A stretch of 56,782 nucleotides of DNA, from the NCBI GenBank assembly GCA_013812955.1, contig JACCSO010000450.1:1-56782 (forward strand). Direction: 5' to 3'. Positions 37,307 through 46,802 of this stretch are shown here, one piece after another. The notes under the pieces were generated by a model, which did no database searches, was not told the origin of the DNA, and saw nothing but the letters and a program-made list of their open reading frames with translations. The stretch comes from Nannocystis sp. Lineage in GTDB: Bacteria; Myxococcota_A; Polyangia; Nannocystales; Nannocystaceae. Every line of letters begins with the position of its first letter. Within the stretch, counting starts at the first letter, position 1. A program made the position numbers and the translations under genes.

Positions 37307-37900
37307 ATGAGCGCCATCTTTTTCAAGCCGTGGATCGGCGACGACTATCAGGCCGCCACGCGATTCGGGAAGCGCGTGATGATCCTCGGTGAATCTCACT
37401 ATGAGTGGGACGAGGACGAGAAGCCCCACCCTGACTGGACCCGGACATTCATCGGCAACCAGATCTCCGGCGAATACACACACGCATTCTGGACGCGGGT
37501 CGTGAGCGCGTTCATCGGCCACAAGCCCGATCTCGCGGAGAAGCAGGATTTCTGGCGTTCCGTGGCGTTCTACAACTACATCCAGGAGAGCGCCGGCGAT
37601 GGCCCACGCATTCGGCCGACGGATGAGATGTGGAGGAAGAGTGAGCCCGGCTTCGCCAAGGTGCTCAACAAGCACGCCCCCCAAGTGCTAATCGTCCTCG
37701 GCTACCAATTGTGGGAAAAAATCCCCGATCTCGGAGGTGCGTGGGACAAACCGATCAATGGTGCGCCGCAGACCCAGACGTGGCGCTATCCTCTCGACGG
37801 TGGCCGGACCTGCCTGGCTTACGGCATCCGACACCCCTCGTCGGGGTTCAGTGGCAGCGCGTGGCAACCACACATCCTCGAGGCCATCCGCTGGGCCTGA
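37307..37900 (+). CDS. Uracil-DNA-glycosylase superfamily protein (197 aa)
   Basis: ILGESHY (motif 1), FYNYIQ (motif 2), PQVLIVLG and IRHPS (motif 3). Starts 13 nt after the DUF262 stop. Confidence 0.75.
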   Translation: MSAIFFKPWIGDDYQAATRFGKRVMILGESHYEWDEDEKPHPDWTRTFIGNQISGEYTHAFWTRVVSAFIGHKPDLAEKQDFWRSVAFYNYIQESAGDGPRIRPTDEMWRKSEPGFAKVLNKHAPQVLIVLGYQLWEKIPDLGGAWDKPINGAPQTQTWRYPLDGGRTCLAYGIRHPSSGFSGSAWQPHILEAIRWA

Positions 37901-37986
37901 TCTGGAGCGCCCCACCGCCTCTGGCCCCGTGCCCAGCGTGCTCAAACGACCTCGGCCGGTGAACCCCCTCGTGAATTGTTCGCGCG

Positions 37987-40900
37987 GTGCGCCCATGTGG
38001 TAGAGTCGACGTGGTGGTGCCCGTGAGCCCAGATCTCCCCTTTCCGTGGACGCAGGAGAACGGCCTCGCGGCGATCCTGGACGACAGCGAGCTGTGGGCC
38101 AAGGTACTCGTCTACGGCGCCCCGCCACAGCGCGCCCAGGATCTCCGCAAGGGGATGAAGCAACTCATGAAGCGGCTGCGACGTGGCCGCATCGACGTGT
38201 CCGACGACGACAGCTTCGGAAGCGCCATCACCTTGGTGCTCCGCTCATCTCACGATCGCCAACGCTTCTCCGTTGAGATGTCACGCGCTGGCGTCCCGAA
38301 TGGCGTTGTCGCCAAGTTCCTCGGCGAGCAACTCCTCGCGTGGCTTTACTCGGACGCGCATCGCCGTGAGGTGCTGGGCGCTTTTGGTAGCGATCCGCAA
38401 CATCTCGCACTGGCGTTGCACGCCACATCTATCGACCAGTGGATCTGGGCCATCACCTGTTTCGTCGCTGCACGGGCCATGTTGGACCCCTCGCGCAGCC
38501 GCGACTATGCCACGGTCCTACTCGCAGCCAGCCCCCGCTTCACGGCCTTGATTGCGACCAAGCACCCGGTCGATGCGATGCAAATCAGGGCCGAAGATAC
38601 CGACCCGGCCGCCTCTCTCGACCATGCTCAGCTCACCTCCGTGAGCCCCGCGCCCGCGGAGGAGCACGATGACCGGGTTGACGCCCTCCTCCGCATCTTG
38701 CCACGCTACAGCGAGTGGACCACCGGGATGCCGCTGTCCGAGCTCGAGCTAGCACTCGAGCTGCTCGACGGCCTCGCCGAACATCCCCGCACCGCCCTCC
38801 GCGACCTCGACGCGACCAAGCTCCGCCTGCAGCGGCAGATCGAGGAGCTCCCGGAGCATCCGGTCCTTCAACACCTCCGGCACAGTCTCATAGCCTCGAC
38901 CGGGCATCGGGCATCGCTTGTCGAGCTCCGTGGCGGACTAGAGCGTCGCGCCGCCGCGCTGGCCAACGCGCGGCAGGCCGTCGATCGGATCGACGCACTG
39001 TACCAGCGCCTCGACGTCGCGCCACAGTGGCCGTCGATCCCGGGCGCCGTGCTGGCAAGTCCTGTCGACGAGCGCATCGCCGCGGTCGTGCGCATCCTTG
39101 ACGAACTCGGCGGCGAGCTCCAGGCCGAGCTCGCCCGCGTTGATGCCGCAGAGGCGGCTGCCGACAATCTCCTGACGAGCTGGTCGCAGATCGACCATGG
39201 GGACGCGCTTGCGGCCGATCTAGACGTCGAGTTGGTGCCGGCGCTCCGTCTGCTGCTCAAGGGGAGGCTCCGCACCGACCGGCGCGACCGGCTCGCTCCG
39301 GTGCTCGCCGACAAAATGCTGCTCGTGGTGCTCATCGCCTTCCTCGCCATGCGCGACCGGGCCGCAGCGTGCGCCCTACTCGTAGAGGTCGTACACGGCC
39401 CGCGCGCCGAGGATATCACTCCGCTGGTTGTTGCCCTCGATGACGACACGCTGCACGACCTCGCAGCTGACCCGACGCTGCCGGCCGAGCTCGCCGAGCG
39501 CCTATTCCTCCTTGCCCTCGCGTCCGGACGCGCCGATCTGCTCGAGGACCTTGCGCCGCACTTCCGTGGAGAACCGGCGATGACCGAGCTGTTCCACGTA
39601 GTGCGCCGGCAGGCCCACTCGCGCGATATCACCGCCATGACGCGGCGGCTCGTCCATTTCGCCCACGAAGCATCTCGCGCCCCCAGCCTCGATCCGCTCC
39701 AGCGTGTGCGCGAGCTGAAACAGCAATTTCTAAATCGACTTACGCTCCCGCCAGGCATGACGCGGCTCCATCAGGAGCTCCGCAGTCACGCACAGCACAT
39801 CCTTCGCCGTGCCGTCTGGGCCGACATCGAGGCCGATCGAGCGGGCGCCGCGCTGCGGGCCTGGGGCGAACTCGGTACGCTCGACGATATGGTCCGCGCC
39901 TGCATTGCCCAACTGGAGCCCGCATCGGCGCGCAACGTCAACGACACCCATCGGAAGAACACACGGACCTTCCTCCTGGAGGTCGAACGCGACCTACGTG
40001 CCTGGGCGGCGGCAACGACGCCGGTCGCCCCCGGCGACCCGCTTGAGCGAGTCGTGCGCGGGCTCGCCGCGACTGGGCACCCGCGTGCCGAGGCGTTTAT
40101 CGTCGCGCTGCAACGACTCGGCGGGGAGCCCCCGATCCAGGCGCTGCTCGTGGGCGCACCTCCGGCCTTGACCGACCCTTCAACCCACGTCGAATCTGTC
40201 CACACGGCCAGCTTCATCGCTACATGCCAGGGACACCGCGTCCCCGTAATCGTGTACATCGCCGACCGCATCCGAGTGGCACTCGGCCGCGGCCCGACAG
40301 ATCCCGCCGGGGCCGTCACCGAGTTGCTCCGCCGGCGAGTCCTCCACGCCGCACGGCGCGCCGCGGCCGACGATCCGGAACTGCTCCACCTCGTCGACGC
40401 CTCGGCCGCACAGCGACGTGAAGGCATTCTGCGCGAGCACGAGGGCCCACTCGCCGAGGCCCGTGGGGTTGTGTCCGACAGCGAGGACGTTGCCGTCCGT
40501 CTGCAGCTCTTCGAGGAGTCGCTCGCCGCCGAAGACTTCGAGAACGCGGAGGCTCTCGTGCGAGAGCTGTCCGACGACGTGCAGCGCCACCGACTGATGC
40601 AGGACCCCGAGCGCCGGCATGCGCTGGAGTTCCTGCGCGACGTCGGCGAGTCGCCTGCGCTCGACGGGTCGCTCGACCACTTGCTTGCGCGCGTTGAGGC
40701 GGTACGGGTCGCCCATGCCAACCGGCGGATCCACCTCGAGTTCCTCCTCCACGCCTGCGACGATCCGGCGATCGGCGAGTCGGTCCGGCCACACTTCGCC
40801 CCGCTCGTACGCCGCCTCGATCGTCCCTCGAGCTGGCCCTCTGAACAGCTCTCCGAGGTGCTCGCGGGGTCGATCGACGCGGCCTGCAAGTACTTGGCCA

Positions 40901-43665
40901 CGCAGTCTGGCTACCGCTCAGACCAACCGGAAACTATAGGCCAACTCCTGAACGGACTCCCGCGGTATCTCGCCGACCGCCTGCACGCCTTGGCCGACGA
41001 GCGTTTGTCTGCGGACCCGCTCGCCGAGCTCGTCGGTCTGATTCGCGCGTACCACCCGCCGCTCCGAATCCTGCAGTTCGTCGCCCCTGCGCGGCTGCCG
41101 GCTATCGAGGCACCTCGTCGGGACGCCGAAGCGCCGCGACCGGCCCCCCGGGTGGTGCGCCCTGCAGTCTCGGTTCATTCGGAGTCCAGCGGTGACGAGC
41201 TCGCCACGCATATCCGTAGCTACCTCGCCCGATTGGTCGAGCAAACGCCCGGTCCTGGACCAGATGGGCCTCTGACTGTCGACGATGCCTTGGGCGCAAG
41301 GGACTGGCCAGCCCTCCGCCGGATAGCCGCAGAGCGTGTGCGTACCCATGGGAGTGCACTCGGCCAGAACGCCCGCCTCCCGGTTTTTGAGGCCCTATTC
41401 GCCTTTGCTGGCGCCCAGGAGAGCCTGGCTGACCCGAACACGACGCCCGACGTCACGCGAATCTACAACATCGTCGCCGCCTTCTGGGCGAAGAGTGTCC
41501 TCCAGCAATACGACCTCGCCAACGAGCTCGACCTCCTTATCGTCGAGGCGCTGGACGGGAGTTCGCCGCAACGTCACAGCGACCTCGGACTCCGCGTCGC
41601 GGACCTGATGCGCAGCTTCAGTGCGGCGCCGCGCGACGATCCAGCGTACGCGTGGTCCGCCGAGTTGATGTGGGCCGCTGCCCACGTCCACGACCGCGAC
41701 ATTCCGGCCAGCGCACGCATCGCCGAGACGCTCTGGGAGTTGCTCAAGCACCAGAGCCCGAACCCGCGGGCCGATCTGCTCCACTGGCTGTACCGTCAAC
41801 GAAGCGAGGAGGCGTTGCGCCATCTCGCCAATCAATCGCCAAACCCGAGCTTTGCCGTCCAGTGCATCCATGCCTTCACGCGCGCCGAGTCGGACCCCGA
41901 CGTGCGGGCCCGGGCCCTCCAGATGTCCGCAGCGTTTCGCGAGCAATCCGCTCGCCGTAAGAACCGCCAGCCATGGATCCTCCTGTTCTTGCGGCTGGAG
42001 CAGACAAGCGCCCCAGTCGAGGACGGTGCGCCCCCGATCCAGATCGAGGCGCTCGAGCACGTTGTCCAGGACCTCGGCGGCACGTTCGACCTGTTCCTCC
42101 TCGTCGAGCCGCGGCTATCCGCCGACCCGCCTGAAGTGCTTGCACTACGTTTCTTTGACTCGCACACAGTCGAGCTGATCAGCGGCGACGAGGACTTGCT
42201 GACGACGCGGACGATCCAGACGCGCCTGCCGCTTCCACCGCGCCTCGAGGGCGGCGACCTGCTCGCCGTGCCATACGTAATCACCGGACGAACCTTCGGC
42301 GGTCGGACGCTCGAGACGCGCGGGACACTCGATCTGGAGCTCGCCGGCGAGGCCGTGAACCCGCTGCGGCGCGAGGAGATCCTTGGTGCCTGGCCCGGTG
42401 TATCTGGCAAGCCGGTCCATCACAACGAGGGCTTCTTCGGCCGTGAGAGTGAGGTCCGACAGATCGATCTTCGCCTCCGCAATGATCGAGGACAGGGTAG
42501 CCTGATGTTATTCGGCCAACGTCGGGTCGGAAAGACCTCGCTCTTGCTCGAACTGGTGCGCCTGCTACCGCCGCGCCCGGGGCACGTTACCGGCGTGTTC
42601 CTCGACGTCTCCAACCTCGATCTCCCGGACAATACGTCGATGTCGCAGCGGTTCTTCGCCGCGATTGTGCATGCGCTCGGCGACCCCCGCAATGCCGCAG
42701 TCCGCGAGCGTCTCGACGTGCCCGAGCGGCACATCCACCGTCTGTTTCGCGGCATCGACCCCGCGCTTTCATTATACACCGCCCTCCATGCCCTCCGCGA
42801 TCGCCTGCGTGAAGTGTCCCATGGGGAGATCTGCAGGCTCGCGTTCTTCGTCGATGAGTTCGACCGATTCGTCGAGCCGCTGTTGCTCGGGCGCGAGGAG
42901 CAGGTCGATCGGATGATGTGGGACCTCCGCCAGATCGTCCAGCAGTCACGCGACATTTCGCTCGTGCTCGCCGGCTCGGGCCTGCAGAAGATGTTGACCC
43001 GCGACTATAGTCGACCGCTCCACGGCAGCATTGATCAGGTCGAGATCCGGCCGTTCTCGTGGGACCAGGACCGTGCCGCGATCCTCGATACTTTCCTCCC
43101 TGAGCCGATTCGTGGCCGCCTGTGCCGGGCCGAAAACATCGACGACGTCGCACGCCACGCGGCCACGATGTGCGGTGGGCATCCCTACTTTCTCTCGCTG
43201 GTAGGCCAGGCAGCGGGCCTATCAGCCAGCGGCCGCAGCGTCAACATCCCGGTTGTTAACGATGCCGCGCGCCGGCTTGTCGCCTCTAGCCTGCCCGAGC
43301 TCGTACGCATCGACGAGCAAGTGTTTTACTCGCACATCTTCGACACTCTCAAGCGCGTCCCGGTCCGAGAGCAACGGCTCGCGCAAATCCTCCTCGTGCA
43401 TATCGCCATCCGAACCACCGAAACGGATCGGTGGCTCAACCTCGGCGACGCGCTCGAAGTCCCAGACCTCGTCCGGATCACCCCGGAGGCCGATCGCGAG
43501 CGCGCCCTTCGACTGCTCCTCGATGAAGGCGCAGTCGCACAAGACGGTGGGCAACGAGTCCGGATCACCGTACCGCTCACCGCGCTCGCGCTCCGGCGCG
43601 GCGCGGCACGACTGCGCCACGAGGCTATCCAGCAAATCTCTGCCCCGAATGGCGGCCAAACATGA
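37987..43665 (+). CDS. ~1890-aa protein: long helical N-terminus, beta-rich domain, C-terminal STAND-type ATPase and probable wHTH
   Basis: GKPV...FFGRESE, GQRRVGKT Walker A (42514-42537), FFVDEFD Walker B, VLAGS sensor, CGGHPY GxP motif. The true start is probably one of the GTGs at 38011-38023. Confidence 0.75.
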   Translation: MRPCGRVDVVVPVSPDLPFPWTQENGLAAILDDSELWAKVLVYGAPPQRAQDLRKGMKQLMKRLRRGRIDVSDDDSFGSAITLVLRSSHDRQRFSVEMSRAGVPNGVVAKFLGEQLLAWLYSDAHRREVLGAFGSDPQHLALALHATSIDQWIWAITCFVAARAMLDPSRSRDYATVLLAASPRFTALIATKHPVDAMQIRAEDTDPAASLDHAQLTSVSPAPAEEHDDRVDALLRILPRYSEWTTGMPLSELELALELLDGLAEHPRTALRDLDATKLRLQRQIEELPEHPVLQHLRHSLIASTGHRASLVELRGGLERRAAALANARQAVDRIDALYQRLDVAPQWPSIPGAVLASPVDERIAAVVRILDELGGELQAELARVDAAEAAADNLLTSWSQIDHGDALAADLDVELVPALRLLLKGRLRTDRRDRLAPVLADKMLLVVLIAFLAMRDRAAACALLVEVVHGPRAEDITPLVVALDDDTLHDLAADPTLPAELAERLFLLALASGRADLLEDLAPHFRGEPAMTELFHVVRRQAHSRDITAMTRRLVHFAHEASRAPSLDPLQRVRELKQQFLNRLTLPPGMTRLHQELRSHAQHILRRAVWADIEADRAGAALRAWGELGTLDDMVRACIAQLEPASARNVNDTHRKNTRTFLLEVERDLRAWAAATTPVAPGDPLERVVRGLAATGHPRAEAFIVALQRLGGEPPIQALLVGAPPALTDPSTHVESVHTASFIATCQGHRVPVIVYIADRIRVALGRGPTDPAGAVTELLRRRVLHAARRAAADDPELLHLVDASAAQRREGILREHEGPLAEARGVVSDSEDVAVRLQLFEESLAAEDFENAEALVRELSDDVQRHRLMQDPERRHALEFLRDVGESPALDGSLDHLLARVEAVRVAHANRRIHLEFLLHACDDPAIGESVRPHFAPLVRRLDRPSSWPSEQLSEVLAGSIDAACKYLATQSGYRSDQPETIGQLLNGLPRYLADRLHALADERLSADPLAELVGLIRAYHPPLRILQFVAPARLPAIEAPRRDAEAPRPAPRVVRPAVSVHSESSGDELATHIRSYLARLVEQTPGPGPDGPLTVDDALGARDWPALRRIAAERVRTHGSALGQNARLPVFEALFAFAGAQESLADPNTTPDVTRIYNIVAAFWAKSVLQQYDLANELDLLIVEALDGSSPQRHSDLGLRVADLMRSFSAAPRDDPAYAWSAELMWAAAHVHDRDIPASARIAETLWELLKHQSPNPRADLLHWLYRQRSEEALRHLANQSPNPSFAVQCIHAFTRAESDPDVRARALQMSAAFREQSARRKNRQPWILLFLRLEQTSAPVEDGAPPIQIEALEHVVQDLGGTFDLFLLVEPRLSADPPEVLALRFFDSHTVELISGDEDLLTTRTIQTRLPLPPRLEGGDLLAVPYVITGRTFGGRTLETRGTLDLELAGEAVNPLRREEILGAWPGVSGKPVHHNEGFFGRESEVRQIDLRLRNDRGQGSLMLFGQRRVGKTSLLLELVRLLPPRPGHVTGVFLDVSNLDLPDNTSMSQRFFAAIVHALGDPRNAAVRERLDVPERHIHRLFRGIDPALSLYTALHALRDRLREVSHGEICRLAFFVDEFDRFVEPLLLGREEQVDRMMWDLRQIVQQSRDISLVLAGSGLQKMLTRDYSRPLHGSIDQVEIRPFSWDQDRAAILDTFLPEPIRGRLCRAENIDDVARHAATMCGGHPYFLSLVGQAAGLSASGRSVNIPVVNDAARRLVASSLPELVRIDEQVFYSHIFDTLKRVPVREQRLAQILLVHIAIRTTETDRWLNLGDALEVPDLVRITPEADRERALRLLLDEGAVAQDGGQRVRITVPLTALALRRGAARLRHEAIQQISAPNGGQT

Positions 43666-45560
43666 TCCAGACCCTCGACCTCCAGGCCCTCATCGACGGC
43701 GTCGTCCAAGACGTCCTCCACGCCACCGCTCCCACCAGCGTGAACGTCGTCGTGCCGCCGGGCTTCGGTGACCGCATCATTGGCTCGGCGATCGTCGGCC
43801 GCCTGCGCGGCGCGGCTGCTGGCTTGCCGGTCGCCGAGCTCACGATGGATGAGATCCCCGACGTCGAGACGTTCACGGCGCGCCTCGCAGCCGGCCTACA
43901 GCGCCCGTTCGTCCCTAACACAGTGGACCCCGATCTCGCCCTCAAGAGTCTGCTCCGCGCCGGCCAACGCCCGGCGATCTACGTCCTCCGTCGGTTTCAC
44001 TGCACCCTCGACACTCTCCCGGCATGGATGCTCGCCTGCCTGCGCACCGCCGAGGAGGATGAACTGGCCCGTGCGGTCGTCCTCGCCCCCGCCTCGCACC
44101 GGCGCCTAAAGCGACGCTGGGAGAAGAAAGGTCACCCGCTCGTGGTCAGTGACTATGGCACCATCCACGAGCGGCGAGTCGTCAGCTTGTTGGAAGGGCC
44201 AGCACTCGCGGCTCTGTGCCCTGAGGGAGTACCGCGCCACATCCATGTGTACGCCCTCAAGCTGACCGGCGGCTACCCCGAAGCCCTCGATCGGGTGATT
44301 CGCGCCTGGCGACGCGGCGGCGCGCCCGTCAAGCTCGACCGGGAGCTCCGCATGCGCCTGCAGCAGGAGGCGACCGCGGGCCTTCTGCATTTCGCCGAGT
44401 GGCTCGATCACGACGACGACGCGTTTTTCCAGGACAAGGTCGTGGACGTGCACCATGGCTACGATCGAGACGACGCCCTCGACGCCCTCCGGCAACACGA
44501 ACTCCGCGGCCTCCTACTCGACGGCGAAGAGCTCCGGGCAGCGTCGCTTGGGCCCGCTGCGCTCGAGCGTCAGCGCGACGCGTTGATGCGCACCGGTGAT
44601 CCCGGCGGTCAACGTCAGGCACGCGCCCGCGCGCGGCAGCTCTATGTTCGCGCCGACTACGCGGCAGCGCTCCAGCTCATCTCCGCCGACACGCAGCGGG
44701 CCGCACCAGCGACCGAGCTCCTGCGCCACCATGCGACGATTATGCAGATCCTGACCGACGTTGAGCCCGGCCTCGACACCGACTGGTCGGGGTTGCTTAA
44801 GGCATTGGGCGATGCACAGCGCTGGCTCGGTAAGCACGCCGAGATTGACGAGACTGGAGAGCTGCAGCGCCGCCACGTTGAACTCTCGCAGCTCGCGCGA
44901 ACAATCCAAGCGGTCTCCGATCCAAGGGTCATCGATCACCTCACCGCCGCGCGCGTGGACGGCGGCGTTGACCTCGACCGTGTGCGTGCAGCCCTATTCC
45001 TCCTCACGCTTCACCTTGACGGCGCCTGCAAACGCCACGGGGTTGCCGGGGCACTGCGCGACGCGCTCGCGCTTCCGGAGCAACTGCTGCGCGTGTGGGC
45101 GCGGTGGCAGCTCGGGCTCGACTACTACTGCGCCCCCGAGCTCGCCCCCGCGGTCGTCGAGGCGGTGACGCAAGCATGGAACAACCCCACGAGCCCGCTG
45201 AAGTTGCCGGGCGAGGGTGAGTGCTTCCCCAGCTTGTGGAGCTTCGCGCTCTGCATTGGGGTGCTGGTGGAGATGCACGGTCATGGCGCGAGAGCACCCG
45301 AAGCAACGGCACAGGATATGGCGAAGACACTGCAGTTTTTGGCAGCCCGCAACGACCCGGCCCACGCGCTGGCCACCGCCAAGCGCTCGCTGCGAGACAA
45401 GTACTTCGAACTGTGCGACCGCTGGCTGACCGCGGTCTTCGCCGCCGCGCAGCAAAAGGTCGGCGACGTCACCCGGGGCGACCTTTTGCGGATTCTCCAG
45501 CCGTTGCCGCTGATGGAGGACGGAGCACTCGATTGGTCTCCGGCGGCGCCGCACTCATGA
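43662..45560 (+). CDS. 632-aa protein: degenerate STAND-like domain, helical region, C-terminal HEPN-like motif
   Basis: ATGA-coupled to the upstream ATPase. VVVPPGFG (no GKT), IYVLRRFH (no acidic Walker B), LTGGYP; ALPEQLLR...ARNDPAH (RX4H at 45348-45365). Confidence 0.6.
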   Translation: MIQTLDLQALIDGVVQDVLHATAPTSVNVVVPPGFGDRIIGSAIVGRLRGAAAGLPVAELTMDEIPDVETFTARLAAGLQRPFVPNTVDPDLALKSLLRAGQRPAIYVLRRFHCTLDTLPAWMLACLRTAEEDELARAVVLAPASHRRLKRRWEKKGHPLVVSDYGTIHERRVVSLLEGPALAALCPEGVPRHIHVYALKLTGGYPEALDRVIRAWRRGGAPVKLDRELRMRLQQEATAGLLHFAEWLDHDDDAFFQDKVVDVHHGYDRDDALDALRQHELRGLLLDGEELRAASLGPAALERQRDALMRTGDPGGQRQARARARQLYVRADYAAALQLISADTQRAAPATELLRHHATIMQILTDVEPGLDTDWSGLLKALGDAQRWLGKHAEIDETGELQRRHVELSQLARTIQAVSDPRVIDHLTAARVDGGVDLDRVRAALFLLTLHLDGACKRHGVAGALRDALALPEQLLRVWARWQLGLDYYCAPELAPAVVEAVTQAWNNPTSPLKLPGEGECFPSLWSFALCIGVLVEMHGHGARAPEATAQDMAKTLQFLAARNDPAHALATAKRSLRDKYFELCDRWLTAVFAAAQQKVGDVTRGDLLRILQPLPLMEDGALDWSPAAPHS

Positions 45561-45701
45561 GCGGTCCGGGCGTGACTTGTCCGTGCCGTAACCGTGTTCG
45601 AGCCGACCCCTGGACTTGGATGCAGGTGCATGCTCCCGGCCGCTGACCGTGCAGTCCACGGGCTGTTTCCCCCGCTGGGCCGAGTGCGCTATATTGAACC
45701 A

Positions 45702-46802
45702 GTGCCGTGCCGTGCCGCGACCTCCCTCGTCCTCCTCGCCGGAGCATTTGCCTGCAACGGGCCGGCGGCGGACGCCGGCTTCGCCTCCAGCCAGCCCGGC
45801 CCGACCTCGGCGCCGGGTGGCAGCTCGACCGGCGCCGCTGAGTCCAGCAGCTCTGGCGGCGGCGAGACCACCGCCAGCTCCGAGGACAGCGGAACGGGTA
45901 CGACGGAGCCCCTACGGGACCTCGGCGGCGAGCCCGACTTCGGCGACGGCAAGCCCGTCGGCTGCAAGGGCAAGATCGACTTCCTGTTCCTGATCTCCCG
46001 CTTCGGCAACATGCACACCGAGCAGAAGCAGCTCCTCGCCAGCTTCCCGGGCTTCATCGACACGATCAAGACCATGTTCCCGGAGTTCGACACGCACATC
46101 ATGGTCGCCAACCCCGACGGGACCTGGCCTGGATGGGCCTGTGAGAAGTACCTCTGCAAGAACGACGCGCCCTACTGCGGCGAGAACGGCAAGAACTACG
46201 TCTGCGGCCCGACCTCCTACGAACTCGCCACCGACTGCGACGAGGTCCTCGGGGCGGGCCTGCTCTTCAACGCAGGTCCCTACGCCACCAACGCCCCGTG
46301 TGCGCTGGCCGGCGGCCGCCGCTACATCACCCGCGAGGAGCCCAACGCCCTGGCCGCCTTCGAGTGTATCGCCACGGTGGGGACCTATGGGCCCGTCCCC
46401 CCGACTGGCGACGCGCTGATCGCCGCGCTCTCGCCCTACCTCTCCGTGGGTGAGTGCAACAAGGGCTTTCTCCGCGACGACGCGCTCCTCTTCATCACCT
46501 TCATCAGCGACAGCGAGGACATCAAGTCGAAGACCACGCCGGCCGACTGGTACCAAGCGATCGTGAAGGCCAAGCATGGTGATCCTGGTGCTGTCGTCAC
46601 TCTCCTCGTGACGCCACAATTCATGCCCGATCCGCCAGCTGGCTGCACGACCGATGGTGACCATGAGAACAAGCTCCGCGACTTGATCACCATGTTCCCG
46701 TACCACGTCGAGGGCGATACTTGTGCACTCGATTATGCACCGTACTTCGCCACTGCGGCCAAATTGGTCGGCGAAGCCTGTGCCACCTTCGTCCCGCAAT
46801 GA
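45702..46802 (+). CDS. Myxobacterial lipoprotein with Ser/Thr-rich linker and vWA-like domain (366 aa)
   Basis: Lipobox AFAC; KIDFLFLIS, GFLRDDALLFITFISDSED. Start placed at GTG 45702. Confidence 0.7.
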   Translation: MPCRAATSLVLLAGAFACNGPAADAGFASSQPGPTSAPGGSSTGAAESSSSGGGETTASSEDSGTGTTEPLRDLGGEPDFGDGKPVGCKGKIDFLFLISRFGNMHTEQKQLLASFPGFIDTIKTMFPEFDTHIMVANPDGTWPGWACEKYLCKNDAPYCGENGKNYVCGPTSYELATDCDEVLGAGLLFNAGPYATNAPCALAGGRRYITREEPNALAAFECIATVGTYGPVPPTGDALIAALSPYLSVGECNKGFLRDDALLFITFISDSEDIKSKTTPADWYQAIVKAKHGDPGAVVTLLVTPQFMPDPPAGCTTDGDHENKLRDLITMFPYHVEGDTCALDYAPYFATAAKLVGEACATFVPQ

